Assembly (NCBI GenBank): GCA_009103225.1
Contig: RHPI01002411.1
Location: 28 to 64,027 of the forward strand
Length of the DNA: 64,000 nt
Origin: Chlorokybus atmophyticus
Lineage: Eukaryota; Plantae; Mesostigma and Chlorokybus algae
Direction of reading: 5' to 3'
The translations under genes were made by a program, and so were the position numbers. This document shows, one piece after another, positions 1 through 10,368 of this stretch (positions within the stretch are counted from its first letter, which is position 1; each line of letters opens with the position of its first letter). The notes beneath the pieces were generated by a model. That model was not told the origin of the DNA and searched no databases. It saw only the letters and a list, made by a program, of their open reading frames with translations.

Positions 1-179
1 TACAAATGCGCGCATGAACACGTGCAGTCTATGCAACCCAACATAGGCTGCACTGAACGGTGAAGCCTATGAGGCGGTTGCCATAAGCCGGCTCATAGGC
101 TGCACAGTGGACAGTGCAGTCTACGAGGAAGTGCTATTGGCAGGCTGATAGACCGCACATACCCTCTCCCTCCGCTCAC

Positions 180-284
180 CTTGAGGTCCAGCAGGTGCAC
201 CGACTTGCAGCACCTCTTGGTCCTGCGCCCTGAGCACGGCAGCAGCATCGGGCTCCCCCAACCGACAATGACACCCGGGGTCAC
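180..284 (-). pseudogene. Possible 105-nt exon of an unidentified gene inside the CACTA-like arm
   Basis: CACAG| acceptor and |GTGAGC donor bound an open 105-nt segment flanked by motif-rich intron-like DNA. No recognisable product. Confidence 0.3.
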
Positions 285-1324
285 CTGTGCCGCAGTGCAG
301 TGACGGTTTCACATGTGTCGAGTATGATGGATTACGTGCACAAACAACATGCGCACACACGCCCGCAGACAGAAACCTGCACGTGCACACATGCACGCAC
401 GCACACGCATGGTTACGCGCACCCGCGGCTACAAGCTTAAGCATTGGGTGGGAGTGTACCTCAGCACATACATACACATGTGCTTACTCTCACGGGACCT
501 TGCAGGCGTCGTATATCTATCTTGCCAGCTGCTCGCTGCATGGCACTATCCATGCCTCGTCCGGCAAGCAACTTCTGGTTGGCAGCACTAGGTTTGAGCC
601 TCCGCCTGCTCATGACTTATGAAGTCAGCTTGTGGTGTACGAACCATGCAAAGCAACTTCTTATAAGCCTATGGCTAGCCAATACACAGATGCGAGCACA
701 AGGCAAGCTTGTTGCAGATTTCAACGTGCAGTTGCACTGCAGCGGTTGACAACAAGCAAACACGTGCATTGACAACATCTTGTCATACATACATGATCAG
801 AACCGCCAGCACTTTCAATCACAGTCACCAGTAACTGCAGGCGAGAGACTGCACCCGTCATAATCTTACTAGTAACACGCTAGCAACCACATCAGCCGCA
901 ACATGAATAATTGCGGCAGCAGCAGTCTGGCTGAGCGGCAGCCGCTGCACGTGCTTGCATGAAGCCTACAGCAGCTGCAATGCTGCGGTATACACATGCT
1001 TTGGCTGTCAGCAACAACCTTCAACCACCAAATAATGCTCAAAACTGCTGCCCGCACCACCCACCACCGCCGCCACCAGCTTGGACCGCAGCACCAGCAA
1101 CGACAGCTCAATAGATAGAGGCGTTGACACTCCAGCAAGCGCGGATAGCTACAAGCTGCAGGCTGCTTGCGCGGTCTGCTGACGTACGTTTGAACCAATC
1201 CGCTGGGCAGCAGCCGGTCAAAGTATCATGCATGGTGCGGAAGCAATGCTGTGTACAGTACACAGTGTACTACCAGTACAGTCTATCCTCGATAAGTCCA
1301 TACCATCGGGAACACCTCTTTCTA

Positions 1325-1428
1325 TGCACTTAACGCGGATATGCACTTACACTTACACTGCCTTATACTACCAACAGAGCGCATTGGTGTTGGGCAAAAC
1401 CATGCACTTATCGCGGATATGCACTTAT
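1325..1428 (+). repeat. Two direct copies of TGCACTTAWCGCGGATATGCACTTA
   Basis: Copies at 1325 and 1403, each with an internal TGCACTTA repeat. Confidence 0.85.
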
Positions 1429-2039
1429 CGATTATGCATTTATCAAGGTTAGACTGTACACTGTGTAGGTCCTGTGGCGATGCACGCGCCCAGCACTGGT
1501 TCCTTCGGTCGCAAAGGACGATGTCGGGTGCGCGGTACCGGACCAGTGCTGCTCCGGCTGGTACAGTAGGCCGCAGGGGTCGCGACCACCCCTGGTTCCA
1601 ACAATTGAACCACGTGCTGACCAGTGCTCTACCGGTCTACAGGCTGCGGGGCACGCGACCAGCCCTGGTTTGGTCGATCGGACCATGGCGGGCCGGATCA
1701 CCGGTGGTCCGGTCACGCCGGACCAGTTGCGGCGCTGGTAACCAATGGTAACCACTGCGTACCAGACGTAGTCTGCGTGCCTCCGACTGGTCCGCGCGTA
1801 AAAAGCCCTGTGCAGCCTGTTCAATGATGCTGCATGCAACCATGCTCAACAAGCATACACAGCACAGTGGTAAGAGTAAAGCTACACCGCCAACGAAGTG
1901 ACCAGAAGTGAACTAACTCAATAACCCGCGGCCTGTTGGCTCTGGGTCCTCAGTCTAGGTCCTACCAAAGACCAGACCGAACTGTACCAGTCCTAACTGC
2001 CTGCAGCCTATACATACAGCTGCAGTCTATGAGTGGCTT

Positions 2040-3680
2040 TTTAAGTACCAATGCAATAAGCTACAATAGGGCTAGTTAAGTTGACTACACAGTAGCACAT
2101 AAGTGTCATATGCTACACATGTGAAGATCAAATGCAAGTCATGCTATATTCTCCACAAGGTTAAGTGCTTCTTGGGCATTGTCATTGACAGGGATATGCA
2201 ATCTAGGACTGCCATGATTAGCCTATAATTTCATTAAGGATCCACATGTAAGCAACATATCGACTTTGCACTTGTTCCTGCTGTAGCCACAACTAAGTTT
2301 GGTATCCAGCTGACATTAAGGGAAAAGTAGTTGATGTGCAATCAGTTTGATTACCGTCTTTCTTTAATTTTAATTATGGCCACAATCCGTACTTATTTTT
2401 TGTTAAATCATGTATTAAGGGGATCAATTTTAATGCGTGATCTAATCAGACATATGGCCGCAGTTCGCATAACCACAAAATCGTATAGCAGGGAAGCTCG
2501 CTGCTCCATCGCAGGAGTGCGAACTTTCACGGACGAACTTGCCGGAATCGCAAACATCAACCTACGACCTAAGCACTGACCGACTAGACTACGGCGACAC
2601 GAGACACTTCGCACCGCGTTTGTAAAATTATATCCTTTACATCGGCTGCTTCAATTGTCTCACATGCCGCAACACATGCATGCCAGGTGTATTGCATTCA
2701 TGTATTACCGGTACGTAATGCACGTACCAACACCTGCATACAACAGCATTAGGCTACCCAAATCGGTAAACGATACTAACAGGTGTATATTTATATGTGT
2801 GTAAATATATTATATATCATAATATTTTATTATTATCTATAACACATAAATATATATATATGTTGTAAGATACATAGTAAGGTATCATTGTCACAATATT
2901 AATATACATAATCATGCATCCTAATAGGATGCATGATTATGTATATTAACCAATTTAGACACCTAGATTAACAGCTAGGCACCGATAGGTGTTTTTTAAT
3001 AAGTTATCCGCTTGCGGGTGGCCTGGGGACTCAAATCTAGCTTAGCGGCGCCAAATGTCCAATCACATTGTTGATTGTCGGGCAAGCTGTTGCCATAAAC
3101 TCCCTTTGTCACCTACCAAGTCGCGCCGGTGCATCTATATTAATAAAGTGGCTGCGTGATCATCAATAACATTATTAAGGTAGGCTGCGGGCACGCGGGG
3201 ACTTGAACCGGCGATGTATTAATGATCAGGTTGCAGAGATTGAGACAATTGTAATTTTGCGGTGTGACGACCGACGTTATAGCTTTATAATGGCTTGATC
3301 CATGCGTCATTGACGGAACCAGTCAAGCACGTGACAAAGTTACCAGCTATCTTTCCAACCTTGATGCATTGTAATGTAACCACTGTGTCCCCAACGGCGT
3401 CATGGAGGTGGTCAACATTTGCATAAACATCCGTACAGGTCTTTGTCATGATCATATTTGTTGATAATCCTCACGCCCGATCCCTAACGTTGTTAGAGAT
3501 CTGATACATAAACTGCGATCGGCCGATGGCCGTTTGTGAGAAGCATCAACTTATATAGGAATCTAGCCATCATTTAGTTAGGGATCTTGCGAATCCCTAG
3601 CGAAATTCGTGCTAGATTTGTAATAAAGTTAGGGATCCGGCCAGACTTACCGAAACCCATTTCTACCGGTGAAGTCTGAG
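2040..3680. other. AT-rich non-coding island with several inverted repeats
   Basis: Visibly AT-rich against a GC-richer background, with no convincing ORF. Perfect palindrome at 2899-2949 and smaller hairpins near 2960-2995 and 3560-3620. Confidence 0.75.
2899..2949. repeat. Perfect 51-bp palindrome (25-bp arms, 1-nt centre)
   Basis: TTAATATACATAATCATGCATCCTA-A-TAGGATGCATGATTATGTATATTAA. Confidence 0.95.
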
Positions 3681-3684
3681 AGTG

Positions 3685-4789
3685 AGGCAGATCTGCTGAA
3701 CAAGACTCAATACTCCTACAATACTTTGGTGGGGAGACTTTTCTACTAGTTGGTCAGTACCAGGCTTGACATTTCCCATGCCATGGGAATCTTGGCTAAA
3801 TACATACATGTCTGCACCTACTGTGGAGCACTGGAGGGCTACAAAGGCGTGCATGCGCTATGTGGCTGGAACCTTCAATATTGGCACTACATTTGGTGGA
3901 GGACCTGCAGGTCTGAAGGGCTACTGCGATGCAGACTACGCAGGAGACTTGGACTCCAAGAGGTCTACCACGGGCTACACATTCTGGTCAAATGATGGAG
4001 TCATCAGCTGGAGCAGCAAGCTTCAGCCCACTGTCGCAGTGTCTACAGCAGAGGCGGAGTACATGGCTGCATCCAAAGCAATGAAGGAAGGGCTTTGATT
4101 GCGCAAGCTGGTTGTTGACTTGGGTCTGGACCGGACTGTGATTCTGATAAACTGCGACAACCAAAGGGCTATCCGGCTCTTAAAGCACCCCATTGCTTCA
4201 GATGGGTCCAAGCACATTGATGTCCGACATCAAGTGATGCATGAGTCGTGCATCACTTTGTGCGGGAGCGCGTGGCGCGTGGAGAGGTGGAGTTCCTCTA
4301 TTGCAAGACCGAAGACTTGCTTGCAGACTTCCTAAACAAAGGTTTAACCCTTGTCGAGTTCCAGACCTGCTGCAAGGGTCTAGGCATCCAACAAGCTGCC
4401 TGCGTGGGAGTGTCGGGGTTTAGGCTTTGGTTTGGTTTAGCCGTCCTTAAACTCGGTCCAGTCATGTTTTGTCAGGATCTGACGGTTCTGACTTTAACCG
4501 TTTAGGGCTATTTTCGGGTCTGATATCTCTTAGACCTGCCTCGTATACTATTCTGAGCTTGTATATCAAGTTCTTGGAGTTGTGACCGTTATTGGGTATT
4601 AGGGGACGCCCACACATGTTTAACATGGTTCACTTTGCTTGTGCTCGAGTCTGGTGGCGGCGGTAGCTTTGCCCTGAGCGTGGTCTGCTGGTTGGGTCTG
4701 GCGTGGTCTAATCTGGTCTTGATTGCTTGCACAGACGGTTTGAGGGTGTTGTGTTGCGTGTCTACGCCTAGGAAGCTTGCATCTCAACA
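3685..4789 (+). mobile_element. Degenerate Ty1/Copia 3' fragment (RT end, RNase H) with 3' LTR (4411-4789)
   Basis: Frameshifted ...MSAPTVEHW...GYCDADYAGDLDSKRSTTG...EAEY...DNQRAI...KHIDV. PPT-like GCGTGGGAG is followed by TG...TCTCAACA. Confidence 0.85.
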
Positions 4790-5011
4790 GGCTGTTGTTA
4801 GGCTGTTGTCACGTCATGTGATCATCAACAGTCGCCAATGCCATTGAACATGCCTGGACAGTTGCCAATGGATTGTAGGCTATCTTTGCTGACAATCATC
4901 AATGCTTTGCATTGTTGAATGTCAGCAGTATTTATATTCGTCAATGCAGTTTATTGACTTTGACATGACAGTCGCCAACAGCCTGTACTGACCATTCTGT
5001 TTCCTATGCAG
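4790..5011 (+). repeat. Intron fragment homologous to 52314-52532 (second copy of the 'gene X' element family)
   Basis: Both start GGCTGTTGTTAGGCTG and end ATGACAGTCGCCAA...CTGACCA.TCTG...CCTATGCAG. Confidence 0.75.
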
Positions 5012-5013
5012 GC

Positions 5014-5769
5014 TGTCATGCCTGGTGCCCACACATACCAGCCTTCATCGGGCATGCCTACATCCAAACCGGCGCCCGGCCTATCGACATACCAACGCGC
5101 GCGCGTCCCTGACCAGTAGCTAGGTCATGACTTCAGGGTAGCCCACGACCATAGCCCCCATAGGCACCGCGCGTAGCTGTTCAGTTGTGAGTTGTTATAA
5201 GTTGCGTTTAATATCGAGTGACAATCGCTGTGCAAATAGCCTTGATATGACAGTTAGCTTATGTTTTAAACAGTCATAGTTTGACTTGTATAAGTAGTCA
5301 TAGTGTTCACCGGATCAGCTGGTGACACTGTAAGTGAGAAAGCTAAGAGCTTGTGAAACGACTTGAACAACGAACACGCCATCCTGGTTACCAAGAACCC
5401 CCTTGTGTGAGAGCCTGTGCATGCTCGTGTGTGCATCGTGCTTGTCATCATTGTGGGCTTGGTGTGCGTGGTTGCAGTGTGCTTGTTGGCATCAGTCAGG
5501 GCACAGTATCCATGTGTTGCTTGCTCATTCACCTTACTTAACAGTGTAACACATTTTTCGCTCATGCAAAGAATTGTGTAAACAGCACTACCTATAGTAG
5601 TGGCTTGTTGACTCACAGTGTCACCCTCTTTGCTCAAGTAAGTGCGTTGCATTCTGCATCAGATAGTGCAGTCTGTATCTAGGGACACATCCCTGGGCAT
5701 TCGTTATCACTGTCATTACATAGTGCGCACATAAGCACTAGTGTAGTGAGTGGTAGCGGCATCGAGACA
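5014..5769 (+). repeat. Putative 5' LTR of Gypsy copy 1 (about 756 bp)
   Basis: TGTC...GACA termini. Shares TGTCATGCC, ATGCCTACA and CAGTTGTGAG with 28917-28637 (minus) and GTGGCTTGTTGACT with the 3' end of copy 2. Followed by degenerate PBS-like TGGTAGAGC at 5772. Confidence 0.6.
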
Positions 5770-5825
5770 GATGGTAGAGCACAAACACTCTACCTCGCAT
5801 ACACTTTCACCTTGGGACTATCTGT

Positions 5826-8485
5826 ATGAGCAGGCCCACCCCGTTCTCTGCAATAGACGAGGGAGACCTCAGCAGCTGGAGGTCAACCCAACCTCCAACC
5901 TCACCTATGAGCGGACCAGTGACGGGAGCAACGATTGTAGCAGCAGAGGCCCGCGTGCTATCTCCGACTTCACTCCGTTTCTGTCCACTCCACGGCATCG
6001 AGCTTCCCCACTCTCGTCCGACAGTGACGACTGCGGGATGGAGTCTTCTAGCTCAACCACGTCCCTGCGCTTCTTCGGATGCGCTGGCACCTCTTCTTTG
6101 GACGAATTCATCATCAAGTTCCATTCCAAGATGCGAGCAGGCACTGAAGAACAAAGACTGGTCAGATGAGATCTCTTTTCACATTGCTGCTCTGTATCTG
6201 AACCATGATGCACATGATGTCTGAAAGTCTATTGCTGAACTGCATCGAGTGGATGGTTACGGCGAGGTCGCCAGTACCATAGCACCTGCATCACTGCACC
6301 AGCCAACAGCCGTCTTTCCATCTGCCACTCCCGCTGCAGTTACTGGGCTGTCCATAGCTGCGGCCATGGACAGAGCAGAGGAGGAGGAACCAGAGTTGGT
6401 GATTGTCAACCTGACCGCTGCAAAGATTGATATCAAGGCGGCCGCGCGACGGGCCCGGATCCTAGACCGTTTGGCTGCCATCCTTGAAGAACAGCGAACT
6501 GCAGCCGTTGAAGTGGGCACGCCCCTACCTAGGGCAACACCTGGCTTGCGTGCGGGGGGCAGTGCTTTCACCCTCGGGTCAGTTGCACTGCGCGCACCAG
6601 CCATCACTGTAGGTGCTGCCATCTCTGACTCTCCACTCAAAGATCTATACGCGGCACTTTGTCGCACCTTCCCACCGCAGACCACTAGCAAAATGGAGGA
6701 GTTGAGGCGGTTCCGGTGCAAGCCCAATGAGGACCCCCTACGCTTGTACTCCAGACTGGAAGGGCTGTTGAAGGACACTGACTACAAGATCGTCAGCGAT
6801 GAAGCGGCAACAGTGGTATATGTCAACGAGTTGGATGCCACCCTTAGCGAGTCGACGCGCCTGTCCCTGAACTACAGAAGGCCCCTTAGCTACACACTCA
6901 AGGAAGCGTTCGAGACTGCACAAGCCATCCATAAGCGCTTGGTGTATGAGAAGGCAATGCTGGACACCAACCGCAGCGCCTCACGGCCTGTAGCCAGCAC
7001 AACTGTCGAGCCTCCGCGCCGCAAGCGTGGCCGCGACGCTCCACCAGCACGCGACAAAGGGAAACAGTCAGCGCATACTGCTTTGTTTGCCCCTGTGCTG
7101 TGTCATCGCTGTGGACGGCATGGGCACTAGTAAAGGGAGTGCACCGAAGAGTACTCAATGCTGGCTTGCGACTACTGTCACAAGACAGGCCACTTGGAGT
7201 CAGTCTGCTGGCTCAAGTTCCCCGAGTTGAGACCCGTCAACAACCACAACAGCAACAACACTGGAGGCCACGACGGCAACAACTCTGGTGGCTACAACGG
7301 CAACAACACTGGAGGCCACAACGGCAACAACTCTAGTGGCTACAACAGCAATCACACCGGCGGCCATAACCACGCCAGCAACTACGCCAACGCTCGCAAG
7401 GAAGAGCAAGGCTACAGGGGGAAGAATCGCCCTCCTCAGCGTAAGGGACTGGAAGGACGTCCGCGCGCTGCTGCTGTTGCCGCCAAGGCTCCAGCGCAAC
7501 CGCCAGCTGATGACCATATGGCTGCCTTCATGGCACGTATGGCACGCTTGGAGGAAGACAAAGAGAAGGACTACCGCGCCTGTTACTCCGCCCGATGGGC
7601 ACTGATGGCTCCAAAGCGCACGAGAGACACCAGCACCCCGTCGCGTATTCAACCATCCCAGCGAGCTCGAGGGGAAGCCACAACATCGTCAGCAGCCACC
7701 TCCTTTGAAGCCACTAGTGGTGCTACACCAGCCGCAACGGTCACACCGGCTACGACGGCAACTCCGTCAACGCCAGCAGCAGCTGCTCCAATCTCTCCGA
7801 AACCTGGTACATCAGTGAGCACAGTCGCGCCCATACTGGTGAGCATGCAAGCCACAGCCACTGCTGTCACCGACCCTGCAGCAGTAGGTCGCCCCAGTCC
7901 CGCTCCAACCGCAGAACCACCTGTGCCAGCAGGCTTGAAGACCGCTCTTGCGCCATTGAGCGGCACTCTCGCCACCACCGACAGTGCCATCGTCAAGCCT
8001 GCTGCCGCTGCAGCAACACGCTCAGCTACATTGCCCGCCCTCGACGTCACTCAGTCCGTCTCGCGAGGTCAGCAAGCTGAGCGTGCATGGGAGACCATCA
8101 TGCGTGGGGCAAATCCCACTACCATTGCATTTGGGCGCGGAGGGGAGCGCACAACACGTGTTGAACGCAGTGATCGAGTTTTCCCACTGCCTGAATATCA
8201 CACGCTGCCGGAACAGACTCAGCGTCAGCTGGAGGATGAAATCCTCACCGGCACGGCACCTCCCATACGAGACCGTGTCTTCGTTGTCAGACCGCCTGTT
8301 GTACTGGAGCTGGCACTGCAGCTGTTCTGAACTCTGCATAACAATATGCAGACGGCGCCACGCCAACCCTCACCGGTTCGTTGTGAACCCTTTGAGCCCA
8401 TCCCACTGGACACGTATAGGGACCGGCAACCCAATGTACAGCAGCACATCGCTGATACCGCCGACATGCCTCTAGGTGACAACGA
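5826..8485 (+). pseudogene. gag: Gypsy gag, N-terminal part (stops and frameshifts)
   Basis: LRFFG...LDEFIIKF; LCRTFP...LRRFRCKPNEDPLRLYSRL; knuckles CHRCGRHGH**REC and CDYCHKTGHLESVC. Rejoins in frame (GDNE|ALRPL) with 17985 when the Copia and one TSD are removed. Confidence 0.75.
7240..7385 (+). repeat. 24-nt coding tandem repeat (about GGHxGNNS/GGYNGNNT) in gag
   Basis: NNTGGHDGNNSGGYNGNNTGGHNGNNSSGYNSNHTGGHNH. Confidence 0.85.
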
Positions 8486-9286
8486 TGTTGAGAGTATTCC
8501 TACATACGATCAGCATTGACCCTCCACACAGGAGTAGAAGGTCGTAAGGACGAGCACTTGGTCCGGACTTAGCAAGATGGCATCGTCGGACCAGACTCCG
8601 GACTCCAGACTGGAGCCTTCCTAACTGCTTCGTATCTCCGCGTATACTTACTCATATAAGGCGTGTAAGAGCTTGTTGGAAAGCTCTGGTTGTAAGAAAG
8701 ACAACGCAGCTTAGAGCGCGTCAAAAGACTGAGTATAGCTTACGCAGTGCTTGCAAACGTAGACGTGTGTGTAACTGGCTGGTATAAGAACCAGCAAACA
8801 ACTTGTAATAGATGAATGTGATGTGACTTGTGTATGCTCTGGTGGCGGTAGCTCTGTCCGTGTGTATCTATGCTTGCCTCAACTACATGTGCATGCTAGT
8901 CCTTCAACAGGTTATGGGCCCACACTACGCTTGAGGAGTGTGAGACTAGCTTGTGTGCATTAGTAGTTCTACACTACGGTAGCTTGTTAGTAGCAGAGCC
9001 TTGGGTGTCAACTGCAAGAAAAGGCAGGCTCGACAAAGATGGAGGCGACCTACAACAAGGGGCAGATTGCAAAGCTGGACACCGACAACTACAACACATG
9101 GTGCGTGGAGATGAAAGCCTTGCTCATCCACAAGAAGGTGTGGAAGTACGTTGATCCGAAGGCACCACCACCAACACCAGGAGCGAACACTGTGTGGTCA
9201 GAGCATTCAGCAGAAGCACACTCTTTGCTTGTGTTGAACAGCAAACCGCATCACTTTCCCATGCTCACTGCATGTGAAGATGGTAG

Positions 9287-10356
9287 NATGAAGATGAAGC
9301 ACAGCCGGAGCAACCTGAAACATGTTGAAGGACTAGCATGCACATGTAGTTGAGGCAAGCATGGACACACAGAGACAGAGCTACCGCCACCAGAGCATAC
9401 ACAAGTCACATCACATTCATCTATTANAACCTCATCAACGTCGGCCACAACATGGGGGAGACGGAGGTAGTGCTGGCCATTGTTGCAGGGCTACCAGCAG
9501 AGTACGAGGTCGTTGCAACCCTGCTGGAGACGTCATCATCGGAGTTGACATTGGACGATGTGCTACCGAAGCTGCTCACCGTGGAGCAGAGGGTTGTGAG
9601 GAAGGACGAGCAAGCGGATGCCGTCGCCTTCTACACCGGCAAGCACGCAAAGAAGAGCAACCATGAAGAGAAGAACAAGGGCAACAAGCCAGNCAGTATA
9701 CGCGGAGATACGAAGCAGTTAGTAAGGCTCCAGTCTGGAGTCCGGAGTCTGGTCCGACGATGCCATCTTGCTAAGTCCGGACCTAGTGCTCGTCCTTACG
9801 ACCTTCTACTCCTGTGTGGAGGGTCGATGCTGATCGTATGTAGGAATACTCTCAACANNNNNNNNNNNNNNNNNNNNNNNNNNNNNNNNNNNNNNNNNNN
9901 NNNNNNNNNNNNNNNNNNNNNNNNNNNNNNNNNNNNNNNNNNNNNNNNNNNNNNNNNNNNNNNNNNNNNNNNNNNNNNNNNNNNNNNNNNNNNNNNNNNN
10001 NNNNNNNNNNNNNNNNNNNNNNNNNNNNNNNNNNNNNNNNNNNNNNNNNNNNNNNNNNNNNNNNNNNNNNNNNNNNNNNNNNNNNNNNNNNNNNNNNNNN
10101 NNNNNNNNNNNNNNNNNNNNNNNNNNNNNNNNNNNNNNNNNNNNNNNNNNNNNNNNNNNNNNNNNNNNNNNNNNNNNNNNNNNNNNNNNNNNNNNNNNNN
10201 NNNNNNNNNNNNNNNNNNNNNNNNNNNNNNNNNNNNNNNNNNNNNNNNNNNNNNNNNNNNNNNNNNNNNNNNNNNNNNNNNNNNNNNNNNNNNNNNNNNN
10301 NNNNNNNNNNNNNNNNNNNNNNNNNNNNNNNNNNNNNNNNNNNNNNNNNNNNNNNN
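9287..10356. other. Assembly gap and chimeric fill (single Ns, about 500-N run, inverted LTR scraps)
   Basis: Ns at 9287, 9427, 9693 and 9858-10356 separate non-collinear pieces of pol, inverted LTR and gag. Confidence 0.85.
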
Positions 10357-10368
10357 GACATTCAAGCC

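Larger units (their letters stand above)
1..1812. mobile_element. Right arm of a CACTA/EnSpm-like DNA transposon (continues beyond window start)
   Basis: About 1540-1812 is an imperfect inverted copy of 55688-55960. The first 29 bp are identical (CACAGGGCTTTTTACGCGCGGACCAGTCG) and homology stops sharply at ...CCCTGTG 1812. GGACCA/TGGTCC subterminal arrays are present. 1-160 carries the same CATAGGCTGCACTG/GCAGTCTATG motifs as introns of the element at 55688+. Confidence 0.7.

Noticed and set aside
1459-1475. CACTG at 1459 as the left terminus of a CACTA element running rightwards
   Set aside because: No matching right TIR was found. The better-supported boundary is the 29-bp identity ending at 1812/55688.
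3188-3215. GGTTCAAGTCC on the minus strand, resembling a tRNA T-loop
   Set aside because: The T-stem does not pair beyond 2 bp, and no A box or cloverleaf is found upstream.
9287-9857. Inverted LTR pieces and a pol scrap inside gag of Copia unit 1, suggesting a nested antisense insertion
   Set aside because: Each piece is bounded by Ns and the pieces are non-collinear, so this is most likely a gap-filling artefact. The 342-aa and other N-spanning ORFs are not real.
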